Positions 52,326 through 63,857 of a stretch of 64,000 bases of DNA are shown here, one piece after another. Location of the stretch: contig OZ024741.1 of NCBI GenBank assembly GCA_964016885.1, positions 165,478,001 through 165,542,000 on the forward strand, in the 5' to 3' direction. The position numbers and the translations under genes were made by a program. Source of the stretch: Eledone cirrhosa (taxonomy: Eukaryota). Each line of letters begins with the position of its first letter. Position 1 is the stretch's first letter. The notes under the pieces were generated by a model, which was given only the letters and a program-made list of their open reading frames with translations, was not told where the DNA came from and ran no database searches.

Positions 52326-52689
52326 TATATATCTGATAACATGATTCACTGTCATCAAACCCCCAACTTTTACAAAAACACACCTGTAATTAATTTATAG
52401 CAGATGCAGTGAAATTACATCAGTGACCAGGTCACAGAAGGTCAATGAAACCTTTTCACAATTCATAATAGACTGTATGTATGTATGGTCCCCTAACTAG
52501 TGATAGAGTTGTAGGGACAACGTATTGACACACAGCATTTCTTGGGTATTTTAAGCCAGGCAGAGCCCATCCCTCCCCATGGCCAAGTACAGCAGATTTC
52601 TTCCAGCAAAAAATAGAAAGTGGGTGAAAGGAATAAGTGGGTGAAGAAGAAGAAGATCAAATACATTGATAGTGAACCACAACCAGTAG

Positions 52690-52980
52690 TCTTTGGTATC
52701 ATGCACTATGTTTTTAGAAGTTCATCACCTTCCAAATTATTCTCACTATTCTCAGGAGGCGCGTTTTCTGTAAGAGATCTATTGGACAGAATATCCCAAT
52801 TTTCTTCACTCAGGTTTCAATCTTATCTCCAACTGTACCAAGTGAACTAATAACAATTGCTATAACTGTGAATTTCTTCAATTCCCACAGCTGAGCTATT
52901 GCATATTTAAATGGGTTCTAGTTCATTAACTTCTGTTCCTTTTGCTCTATTCTGGTGTCAAATTGACACGATGTGTCTTT
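52690..52980 (-). pseudogene. R4/Dong-like LINE restriction-like endonuclease C-terminus
   Basis: DTSCQFDTRIEQKEQK...KYAIAQLWELKKFTVIAIVISSLGTV...DLLQKTRLL..VRIIWKV with stops. Confidence 0.75.
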
Positions 52981-52984
52981 GATC

Positions 52985-54150
52985 GGACCTCACTTTGCCT
53001 TTCATCCTTACGGGATCGATAAAATAAAGTACCAGTAATGTACTGGGTAATTGCTGGCCTTGTGCCAATAGTAGAAACAATTATTGTCAGAAGGGTAGTG
53101 GATTGGCAATATCGGTAGAGTATCAGACACCATGCTTTTCAGCATAGAGTTATGGCCCTTTACGTTCTCAGTTTAAATCCCACTAGGTTAGCTTTGCCTT
53201 TCATCCTTACGGGGTCGATAAAATAAAGCACCAGTAATGCACTGGAGTCAATTTAATCGACTTCCCCCTCCCCTTCAAAAGGCTGGCCTTGTGCCTAAAG
53301 TAGAGACAATTAGTTTTGTCAGACGAAATACATTGCAGTATTTAGTTATGACTTTCTTTGTTCTGAGTTCAAATCTTGCTGAGGTCAACTTTGCTTTTCA
53401 TCCTTACAGGATCGATAAAATAAAGTACCAGTAATACACTGGGTTTGATTCATCCTGGGGTCGATAACATAAGTACCAGTAAAGTCCTGGGGTCAATATA
53501 ATCAACTTTCCCCTTTCTCCAAATTGCTGGCCTTGTGCCTATATAAGAATTATTATTATTATTATTGGAGGGCGGCTGATTGGCAGTATCGGTAGAGGGT
53601 CGGATGCCATGCTTTGCAGCATAGAGTTACGGCCCTTTATGAGCTGAGTTCAAATCCCGCCGAGGTTAACTTTGCCTTTCATCCTTTCTGGATCAATAAA
53701 ATAAAGTACCAGTCATGTACTAGTGTCGATGTAATGACTTTTCCTCTACCCACAAATTATTTACCTTGTGCCTGTAGATTAGCAGAATTGGTAGAGCGTC
53801 AGATAACATGCTTTGTGGCATAGAGTTACAGCCCTTTACATTCTGAGTTCAAATCCCGCCGAGGTTAGCTTTGCCTTTCATCCTTACAGGGTCGATAAAA
53901 TAAAGTACCTGTAATACACTGGGGTTGATTTAATCGACTTTCCTTTCCCCCAAATTGCTGGCTTTGCGTCTGTTGTTGTTGTTTGGGCAATGGATTGACA
54001 GCTTTATTAGAATATCAAGCAAAATACATAGTGGCATTTAGTTCTAGCTCTTTTATGTTCTGAGTTCAAATCGTGCCACAGTTGACTTTGCTTTTCATCT
54101 TTCCTGGGTCAATTAAAGTACCAGTCAAGTACTGTGGTTGATTTAATCAA
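52985..54150 (+). mobile_element. Tandem pile-up of about 7 SINE family A copies or fragments
   Basis: Repeated GCCTTTCATCCT...GTCGATAAAATAAAGTACC cores, all on the plus strand. Confidence 0.9.
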
Positions 54151-54151
54151 C

Positions 54152-54688
54152 TTAACACTTTAGCATTTAAACCGGTCAAAATTCTCTCACCCCTTTCTGT
54201 CCAAACCAGCCATAACTGGCCACTCATACTGATGTTAAGGTATTGTTCTAAAAATAAATAATATAAAAATCTCATAGATTTGATATTTTATGAGATATTA
54301 TGTGAGGTAAAGACTTTACCATGAAAATACAATAGTAAATATAAAGTAATGTAAATGGTAAAAGGTTAAACCTTCCCTCAGACTTCTGACCTTGTGCCTA
54401 AATTAGAAAGGATGGTGGATTGACAGAATTGTTAGAGATTTGGACAAAATACTTTGCAAGTATTTGTTATCACTCTTTACATTACTCTATATTTACCTAG
54501 TGTATTTTCAGGGTAAACACTTTATTTCATATAATTATTTCACATAATATCGAATCTACGAGATTTTGATATATATTTTGAGAACAATACCTTAACATAA
54601 GTATGAGCAGCTGGTTATGGCTAGTTTGAACAGAAAGATGTGAGAGAATTCTGGCCGGATATGGCCGGTTTAAATGCTAATGGGTTAA
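54152..54688. mobile_element. Two MITE P1 copies in opposite orientation (54152-54369, ~54473-54688)
   Basis: Family body; both interrupt SINE A sequence. Confidence 0.8.
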
Positions 54689-55244
54689 ATCCCACTATCC
54701 CACTGAGATCAACTATACCCAGAGGCATAACTAGGTTATGGCAAGCATGGCATGTGCCAAGGGCACCACTTGGACTAGGAGCACGTTCTGTTAAAGACAA
54801 ATAAGCCTCGTTGGAGAGTGAAAAAAGAAACTCCTTCAGATGTATGATTCTGTGATTATCATGGGTGAACCTATGGTGGCTGGATCATTACACCATTTAT
54901 ATAAATCATTAGGTCTATAGGTAAAAATACAGTGCTGGGCAGGGGTGCAATTTCACAACTTGCCATAGGCGCTATTTTCCCTATTTTCTGAGGTGATCAT
55001 CATCATCATTTTATGTTCACTTTCTACGCTGGCATGGACTGGATGGGTTATCACAATCTAAGACCAAACAGGTCACAATGACCTTATCTTGCTCACACAT
55101 TCAATAACTAGCATGGCTTTTATAGCTGGATGCCTTTACTAATGCCAACCACCCCACAAGTTGTACAGGGATCCATACTGGACTGAATTTAATCTACTAA
55201 CCCTTTGCCTACTCTTAAATTCCTGACCTTGTCATTATGTAAGA

Positions 55245-55426
55245 AATAATTGTTTCTACTTTAGGCACAAGGCCAGCAATTACCCAGTGCATTACTGGTA
55301 CTTTTATTTTATCGACCCCGTAAGGATGTAAGGCAAAGTCAACCTCAGCGGGATTTGAACTCAGATCATAAAGGGACGTCACTATGCTGGAAAGCATGGC
55401 GTCCGAACCTCTACCGATACTGCCAA
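55245..55426 (-). mobile_element. SINE family A with TSD
   Basis: TAAGAAATAAT direct repeats on both sides. Confidence 0.9.
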
Positions 55427-55544
55427 TCTATAAGAAATAATAATTGCTATTGTTGTTGTTGTTAATCTAGACATAGAAATCTAAAAGTTATTTAAGGTGG
55501 ATAAAAGTAATGATGGTGGTGGTGATTAGTGCCGGATTTAGGAT

Positions 55545-55756
55545 TCACATTACTCTATATATACTATTATATTTTCATGGTAACGGATATACCTCGCATA
55601 ATTATCTCACATAATATCGAATCTATGAGATTTTGAAAGTATTTATTTTAAGAACAATACCTTAACATCAGTATGCGTGGCCAGTTACAGCCAGTTTCAA
55701 CAGAAAGAGGTAGAAAATTCTGGCGGTTTTGGTCGGTTTGAACATTAAAGGGTTAA
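55545..55756. mobile_element. MITE P1, left end missing
   Basis: Family body ending AAAGGGTTAA. Confidence 0.75.
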
Positions 55757-55898
55757 ATGGATCATAGCAGGTATTCCCATAGTGAAGGTCGCGACCTCCT
55801 TGACATGTAAACATTCGGAAGAGGGAGGGGGGGGGGGTGCTAATGAAATTAGGAGATTTTTATTTTATTTTATCTTCTAGCTTTAAGATCATTATTTG

Positions 55899-56075
55899 CT
55901 GGCAGTATCGGTAGAGGGTCGGACGCCATGCTTTCTAGCATAGTTACGTCCCTTTACGGTCTGAGTTCAAATCCCGCTGAGGTTAACTTTGCCTTTCATC
56001 CTTACGGGGGTCGATAAAATAAAGTACCAGTAATGCACTGGTTAATTGCTGGCCTTGTGCCTAAAGTAGAAACAA
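55899..56075 (+). mobile_element. SINE family A (short form)
   Basis: Consensus match. Confidence 0.9.
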
Positions 56076-56195
56076 ATCTATGTGCAGATTATTACAATTG
56101 TTCTTTGGCAGAAGATAACACTTTGCGATAGGACATTTAAAACAAATTCTCAAATTGAAACTTTAATAACTGTGGCGAAAAATGCCATCATATTA

Positions 56196-56803
56196 AAATA
56201 ATTGTTTCTACTTTTTGGCACAAGGCCAGCAATTATCCCAGTACATTACTGGTACTTTATTTTATTGACCCCATAAGGATGAAAGGCAAAGTTAACCTTG
56301 GCAGGATTTTAACTCAGACAGTAAAGGGCCGTAACTCCATGCTGCAAAGCATGGCGTCCGATCTTCTACCGATACTGCCAATCAACCAACCATATTGAAA
56401 TAATGGTTTCTTATATAGGCACAAGGCCAGCAATTTGGGGGGAGGAGAAAGTCGATTAAATCGAACCCGGTGCGGACTGGTACTTTATTTTATCGACCCC
56501 GTAAGGATGAAAGGCAAAGTTAACCTCGGCAGGATTTGAACTCAGACCGTAAAGGGCCATAACCTCATGCTGCAAAGCATGGCATCCGACTCTCTACTGA
56601 TACTGCCAATACACCATATTAAAATAATTGTTTCTACTTTAGGCACAAGGCCAGCAAATACCCAGTACATTACTGGTACTTTATTTTATCGACCCCGTAG
56701 GGATGAAAGGCAAAGTTAACCTCGGCGGGATTTGAGCTCAGATCATAAAGGGACGTAACTATGCTAGAAAGCATGGCGTCCAACCCTCTACCGATACTGC
56801 CAA
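56196..56803 (-). mobile_element. Three head-to-tail SINE family A copies
   Basis: Each is preceded by CATATT(A/G)AAATAAT. Confidence 0.9.
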
Positions 56804-57002
56804 TTCAACAAATTTCTTTCACCAAACTTGGGTCCTGATTTAAAAAGTTTGAGAATGTCAGGATTATAGTAGGAGTGAAGTAACTGAGTTGTTGTGGTAG
56901 TCATGCCTTTTCTTTCATATGAAAGTTAATGTGAAATTGCTCTATTAACAAAGAAAAAATAGAGGAAACTAAACAGCTATAACAATAACCAGGAAGAACA
57001 AC

Positions 57003-58605
57003 TATGGTGGTGGTGATGGTGGTGGTAGCAGTTGTAGTAGTGGTATTTGGTGTTGGTGGTATTGGTGGTGATAGTGAAGGTGATGTGTTGTGGTGGTAGT
57101 GAAGGTGATGTGTTGTGGTGGTGATGGTGATGGTTGTGGTGGTGAAGGTGATGGTGGTGATGGTGTTGGAGGTGGTAGTGATGGTGAAAGTGAAGGTGAA
57201 GGTGATGGTTGTGGTGGTGATAGTGTTGGAGGTGGTAGTGAAGGTGATGGTTGTGGTGGTGATGGTGTTGGAGGTGGTAGTGAAGGTGATGGTTGTGGTG
57301 GTGATGGTGTTGGAGGTGGTAGTGAAGATGTTGGAGGTGGTAGTGAAGGTGTTGGAGGTGGTAGTGAAGGTGTTGGAGGTGGTAGTGAAGGTGTTAGAGG
57401 TGGTGGTGATGGTGGCAGTGGTTGTAGTAGTGGTACTTTTTGTGGTGGTGCTGAAAGTGATGGTTGTGGTGATAGTGTTGGTGGTGATAGTGAAGGTGAT
57501 GGTTGTGGTGGTGGTGATGGTGTTAGAGGTGGTGGTGATGGTGTTAGAGGTGGTGGTGATGGTGTTAGAGGTGGTGGTGATGGTTGTAGAGGTGGTGGTG
57601 ATTGTGTAGGAGGTGGAGATGGTGGTGTTGGAGGTGGTGGTGATGGTGTTAGAGGTGGTGGTGATGGTGTTAGAGGTGGTGGTGATTGTGTAGGAGGTGG
57701 AGATGGTGGTGTTGGAATTGGTGGTGATGGTGTTGGAGGTGGTGGTGATGGTGTTAGAGGTGGTGGTGATGGTGTTAGAGGTGGTGGTGATGGTGTTAGA
57801 GGTGGTGGTGATGGTGTTAGATGTGATGGTGATGGTGTTAGAGGTGGTGGTGATTGTGTAGGAGGTGGAGATGGTGGTGTTGGAATTGGTGGTGATGGTG
57901 TTAGAGGTGGTGGTGATGGTGTTAGAGGTGGTGGTGATGGTGTTAGAGGTGGTGGTGATGGTGTTAGATATGATGGTGATGGTGTTAGAGGTGGTGGTGA
58001 TGGTGTTAGAGGTGGTGGTGATGGTGTTAGAGGTGGTGGTGATGGTGTTAGAGGTGGTGGTGATGGTGTTAGATATGATGGTGATGGTGTTAGAGGTGGT
58101 GGTGATTGTGTAGGAGGTGGAGATGGTGGTGTTGGAGGTGGTGGTGATGGTGTTAGCAGTGGTGGTGATGGTGTTAGCGGTGGTGGTGATGGTGTTAGAG
58201 GTGGTGGTGATTGTGTTAGAGGTGGTGGTGATTGTGTAGGAGGTGGAGATGGTGGTGTTGGAGGTGGTGGTGATGGTGTTAGCAGTGGTGGTGATGGTGT
58301 TAGCGGTGGTGGTGATGGTGTTAGAGGTGGTGATGATGGTGTTAGATGTGATGGTGATGGTGTAAGAGGTGGTGTTGATGGAGGTGATGGTTGTGGTGAT
58401 AGTGTTGGTGGTGATAGTGAAGGTGTTGGAGGTGGTGGTGGTGGTGTTGGTGGTGATGGTGGTGGTGGTGAAGGTGTTAGTGGGGGGGGGGGGTGTAAGT
58501 TTTAGTGAAGCTGGTGGTGACAACAGTTGTAACACTGAATGTGATGGTGTTGGTGTTGGTGATGATGGCGTTTGGGGTGGTGGTGTTGGTGGTAGTGGTG
58601 GAGGC
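57003..58605. repeat. GGT-rich minisatellite with a 21 bp core unit
   Basis: GGTGGTGGTGATGGTGTTAGA repeats. Confidence 0.95.
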
Positions 58606-58744
58606 GTTGGAAAGGAATGTCATGTCCAAAAATGTAAAGAAAGAGAAAAACAAAACTACAAAGGAGCAAAATGAAAAACAAAAAACAGCAAAGAAAATTC
58701 AATAAAAAAATTAGAAAAAGTTTTTTTTTACTGTAGGAAGAGGA

Positions 58745-59675
58745 GTTGTTGTGAGTAGTGTTTCGTTGTTGTTGTGTTGTTGTTGTTGTTGTGAGTAGTG
58801 TTTCGTTGTTGTTGTGCGGTGTGTTTTGGTGTTGTGACTTGTAGTTGGTGTTATTGTAGGGGGTGTTGTTGTTGTTGTTGTAGGTTTTTGTCGAAGTGAA
58901 TGTGTTGCTGTTATTGTTGTTGTTGTGCGGTGTGCTTTGTTGTTGTTGTGAATGTGTTGCAGTTGTGGTTATTGTTGTGGGTATTGTTGTTGTGAATGTG
59001 TTGCCGTTGTTGTTGTTGTTGTTGTTGTGGAGGGTATTGTTGTTGTGAATGTGTTGCAGTTGTGGTTATTGTGGAGGGTATTGTTGTTGTGAATGTGTTG
59101 CAGTTGTTGTTGTTGTGAATGTGTTGCCGTTGTTGTTGTTGTTGTTGTGGAGGGGGGTATTGTTGTTGTGAATGTGTTGTTGTTGTTGTGGAAGGGGGTA
59201 TTGTTGTTGTGAATGTGTTGTTGTTGTTGTGGAAGGGGGTATTGTTGTTGTGAATGTGTTGCCGTTGTTGTTGTTGTTGTGGAAGGGGTATTGTTGTTGT
59301 AAATGTGTTGCCGTTGTTGATGTTGTGTAGTGTGTTTTGTTGGTGGTGTTGTAGGTTTCTGTCATTGTGAATGTGTTGTTGGTGTTACTGTTGTTGTGTG
59401 GTGTGTTTTGTTGTTGTTGTTGGTGGTGGTGGTGTTGTAGGTTTTTGTCGTAGTGAATGTATTGCCGTTACTGTTGTTGTTATTGTGTTGGTGTTGTGCG
59501 GTGTTTTGTTGTTGTTGTTGTGGGACATTGTCGTTGTGAATGTGTTGCCGTTGTTGTTACTGTTGTTGTTTTGCGGGGGGTATTGTTGTTGTTGTTGTCA
59601 ATGTGTTGCCGTTACTGTTGTTGTTGTTGTTGTTACTGTTGTTACGTGGTGTGCTTTGTTGTTGTTGTTGTTGAA
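58745..59675. repeat. (TTG)n-based minisatellite
   Basis: Direct reading. Confidence 0.95.
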
Positions 59676-59759
59676 TTTTGCTGACTGTGTGAATAGAAAC
59701 TATTTAGTAGAAATACTTTTGTTCAAACTATTTTCTCCACCCACCTTGATATAAACTGA

Positions 59760-59766
59760 ATGAATG

Positions 59767-59823
<57 letters not shown>

Positions 59824-60104
59824 ATAGACAGACGGTTTGATGGATGGGCAGACAGACAGACAGAGTTGCATGTATGAACATAGACACAGAGCGATAACCA
59901 AATGGACATAGAGAGGGTGGATGAATGAACAGGTGGATGAGTAGATGGATGAATGGACGGGTGGATGGACAGGGGGGTGGATGGATTGATGGATGGATGA
60001 GTATATGGATGGGTGGAAGGATGGCTGGATATTTGGCTGGCTGGCTGGGTGTATGGATAGCTGGCTGAATAGATAGCTAGATGGATGGTTGGGTGGATAG
60101 ATAA
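59760..60104. repeat. (GACA)n/(GGAT)n/(GATA)n tract
   Basis: Direct reading. Confidence 0.95.
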
Positions 60105-60576
60105 ATTTCTTTATTAGCCACAAGGGCACAAAAGAAGGGGACAAATACAAATGAGGAGTTTACATACAGGTATATGAAAATAAAACTATTTATAAAATAA
60201 CAAATATGGGTGGCTAGATAGATAGATAGATGTGTTTCTTTATTAGCCACAGGGGCACAAAAGAAGGGGACAAATACAAAGGGGGAAGTTTACATACAAT
60301 AAAAACGTGTAAAATACTATCAAAAATGTAATTTAAAAGTTAATCGATTTTCTCCAATAGAGGGGAGACATTACATATGGGTAACACATACCCTCGAAAA
60401 AATGTGCAACCCTCATCTCCAGGAGTACGAAGAGTGAGTACCCCTTTCCTCTCTTCCTCTTTTTCCTCAACCTACAGGCTGATATAGAGAGAAGGCCCAT
60501 TCACTCGGGCCATTCTCGCCACTTTCACCCACCTTTCATAAAACTTGCTGGGGTACAGCACCTCTCCCTCCATCCT
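60105..60576 (-). mobile_element. Two Tx1/L1-like LINE 3' ends (60105-60205, 60233-60576) in (GATA)n
   Basis: Minus strand reads IRMEGEVLYPSKFYERWVKVARMARVNGPSLYISL*, then a 3' UTR ending CTAATAAAGAAA. Confidence 0.7.
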
Positions 60577-61264
60577 GATAGATGGCTAGGTAGATAGATG
60601 GATGAATAACTGGATCGATTCATGGATGACAACATGGATGACGGCATGAATGGAGTGATGGAACATTGAACGAATACATAGGACAGATATATGGCAAAAC
60701 AGAGAACAAAAAAAAAAAGAGAAAGAGCCTCAGGTATCCAATAAGCTACCTGTTTACCTACCTACCCTATACAATAATCCATATGGCGTACACAAGCGCA
60801 TGCGGGTATCCTCCACAAATCACTCGGGTATGTATCCATAGTAGCCGTCGTCAACATGTTGTTTTGTCCCAGTAAAACCAAAACAACAACAACAACGACT
60901 TAGTTTCACTCTCTCTCTCTAGAACACTCCACCGGTAAAAGTAGTAGTAATTCTTTCGTTTTCTTTTTATTATTTTCTTTGTTCTCTCTATCTTTCTTTA
61001 CAGGTACTCCAATATACATAGATAGAATATAAACAACTAACACACCAGTTGTTGGTCTTTCTTGCCGGTGTAACGGCAGTGATGGTGGTGTGGTGTGGTG
61101 TGGTGTGGTGGAGTGGCAGCAATGTGGTAACTAACCAAAACAATATATATTGGTGATGGCACCAATAATAAAGAAGTTAAAGGGTAGAAGAAACCCCCCC
61201 AAAAAAGAGAAGCAGTTTTGTAGAGTTTAAAAAAAAAAGCTCACGCTGACAGTAAGAGCAGCTT

Positions 61265-61364
61265 GTCAGTAGTAGTAGTAGTAGTGGTGGTGGTGGTGGT
61301 AATAGTAGTAGTAGTGGTGGTGGTGGTAATAGTAGTAGTGGTAGTAGTAGTAGTAGTGGTGGTG

Positions 61365-61414
<50 letters not shown>

Positions 61415-61545
61415 CTTGGTGGTAGTAGTAGTAGTGATGTTGTTGGTGGTAGTAGTAGTAGTAGTAGTGATAGTGGAAGTAGTAGTAGTAGTAGTAGCAT
61501 TGGTAGTGGTAGCGTTGGTGGTAGCAGTAGTAGTAGTAGTAGTAG
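61265..61545. repeat. (GTA/GTG)n microsatellite
   Basis: Direct reading. Confidence 0.95.
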
Positions 61546-61734
61546 GGGGAAATTATTTTAAAATTAAACAGTTTTGAATTTAGTCATAAGGGGCCAGCAA
61601 TTTGGGTGGAAAGGGGAAGGGAAAGTTGGTAATCCAGACCCGAGTAGTTGACAGGTACTGCAATAAAAAGGAATACAACTACAGTAATGACAACTACAAC
61701 AGCAACAACCACTACTATGACGATGACATTCAAC

Positions 61735-62100
61735 ACCACCACCACCACCACCATAAAGATCCATCACCGCTGCCAGCACCAGCATCACCACCATCACCAC
61801 CATTAAGATCCATCACCGCCGCCAGCTTCCCCACCACCACCGCCGCCACCACCATTAAGATCCATCACCGCCGCCAGCTTCCCCACCACCATTAAGATCC
61901 ATCACCGCCGCCAGCTTCTCCACCACCACCGCCGCCACCACCATTAAGATCCATCACCGCCGCCAGCTTCCCCACCACCACCGCCGCCGCCACCATTAAG
62001 ATCCATCACCGCCGCCAGCATCACCACCACCACCACCACCACCACCATTAAGATCCATCACCGCCGCCAGCATCACCACCACCACCACCACCACCATCAC
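61735..62100. repeat. C-rich minisatellite
   Basis: CCATTAAGATCCATCACCGCCGCCAGC units separated by variable (CCA)n. Confidence 0.9.
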
Positions 62101-62154
62101 TACTAATATACAAGCCTGCAGTGATGGCAGTAAGGTGGCTGTTGGATGTAAGAG

Positions 62155-62165
62155 AGGGAGGGAGG

Positions 62166-62202
<37 letters not shown>

Positions 62203-62328
62203 CGTGCGAGGAAGAGAGTGAGTGTGTAGAGCAGATCAGAGGGAGGGAGTGAATGAGAGTGTGTGTGTGTGAGAGAGAGAGAGTGTGTGTGTGTGTGAGA
62301 GAGTGTGTGTGTGAGTGTATGTGAGAGA

Positions 62329-62359
<31 letters not shown>

Positions 62360-62825
62360 TGTGTGTGTGAGTGAGAGTGTGTGTGTGTGTGAGTGAGTGT
62401 GTGTGTGTGTGTGTGTGTGTGAGTGAGAGAGAGTGTGTGTGTGTGAGAGAGAGAGTGTGTGTGTGTGAGTGTATGTGACAGAGTGTGTATGTGTGTGTGT
62501 GTGAGAGAGAGAGAGAGTGTGTGTGAGTGAGAGAGTGTGTGTGTGTGTGTGTGTGTGTGAGTGAGAGAGTGTGTGTGTGTGTGTGAGTGAGAGAGAGAGT
62601 GTGTATGTGTGTGAGGAAGAGAGTGAGTGTGTGAAAGAGTGTGTGTGAATGTATGTTGTGTGCGAGTGTAAGAGAGAGTGTGTAGATCAGATCAGAGAAC
62701 AGAAGAATATGAATGAGGGGTAGAGTGGAGGGGGGGGAGCAGATGTGGAAGAGGAAGGAAGAGATTAGGTAGGGGAGGGAAAGAGTGGCGAGAGAGATAG
62801 AGAGAGAGAGAGATAGAGAGGGAGC
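62155..62825. repeat. (GT)n/(GA)n compound microsatellite
   Basis: Direct reading. Confidence 0.95.
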
Positions 62826-63132
62826 GGTATATACACAGATCAATACATAAATAGATCGATAGACAGACTGGGAGTCATATATATGTGTGTTTATATATAG
62901 TCCAACCCATGCCAACTTGAAGAAGCTGATGTTAAATGATGATATTGACATATATATATAATTGTTTCTACTATTAGCACAAGGCCAGCAATTATTCCAG
63001 TGTATTACTGGTACTTTATTTTATCGACCCCGTAAGGATGAAAGGCAAAGTTATAATGTGTGTGTGTGTGTGTGTGTGTGCACAGAAGCACATGTAGATA
63101 TATATCGAGACACACACACACACACGCATATA

Positions 63133-63170
<38 letters not shown>

Positions 63171-63228
63171 AGTCCCGGGTTCAATATATATATATATGGT
63201 CTAGCTGGTTTTTACCACACCCTATCTG

Positions 63229-63274
<46 letters not shown>

Positions 63275-63415
63275 CCAAAGATTAATATGGTTCATTGATT
63301 ACTCAATCAATATAGTTTTACAATAGATTAAAAGCACTCTACAGTTACGTTTTCTGGAGTTTTATGGAATTGAACCATCAGCACAGTTGAGGTATGTCAT
63401 ACATCAATTCATGTA

Positions 63416-63477
63416 TTTTATCTGATGAGAACGTACTGAAAAAACAGCACAGTACCTCTGAAATATATATAATAAAA
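63416..63477 (+). ncRNA. Minimal type I hammerhead ribozyme, copy 4
   Basis: TTTTAT-CTGATGA-GAACGTACTG(AAAAAACAGCA)CAGTACCTCT-GAAA-TATATA-TA-ATAAAA; flanks align with copy 2. Confidence 0.8.
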
Positions 63478-63610
63478 CATATATTTTGATTATGTGAACG
63501 TCTTCATTTATTAATATTTTGAATAATATTATATATATATATACTCATGGTAGCATGGAAGATGGACATTATAAGAAGATGATGATGATGATGATGATAC
63601 ATATATATGA

Positions 63611-63745
63611 GAACAGATCTAGCTGTCGAAACAGCCAGGGCTCAGCTGTCGGGGTGCTGATCTGTTTATTTTACCCTTTCTACCACCACAAGTATTGAGT
63701 ACTCTGGTGCGTTATGATCCACCTGGTATCTCACCAAAATTTCTT
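63611..63745. repeat. Hairpin element copy D (one arm plus tail)
   Basis: GATCTAGCTGTCGAAACAGCCAGGGCTCAGCTGTCGGGGTGCTGA, then AAGTATTGAGTACTCT...CCACCTG tail; matches the reverse complement of copy B. Confidence 0.8.
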
Positions 63746-63778
63746 TATACACACACACACACACACACATACACATAC

Positions 63779-63857
<79 letters not shown>

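Noticed and set aside
56901-58535. 544 aa Thr-rich and 471 aa Gly-rich ORFs (mucin-like or structural protein)
   Set aside because: Several frames on both strands stay open because the repeat unit is a stop-poor multiple of three; there is no non-repetitive domain or signal peptide, and similar tracts occur elsewhere (19148-19530).
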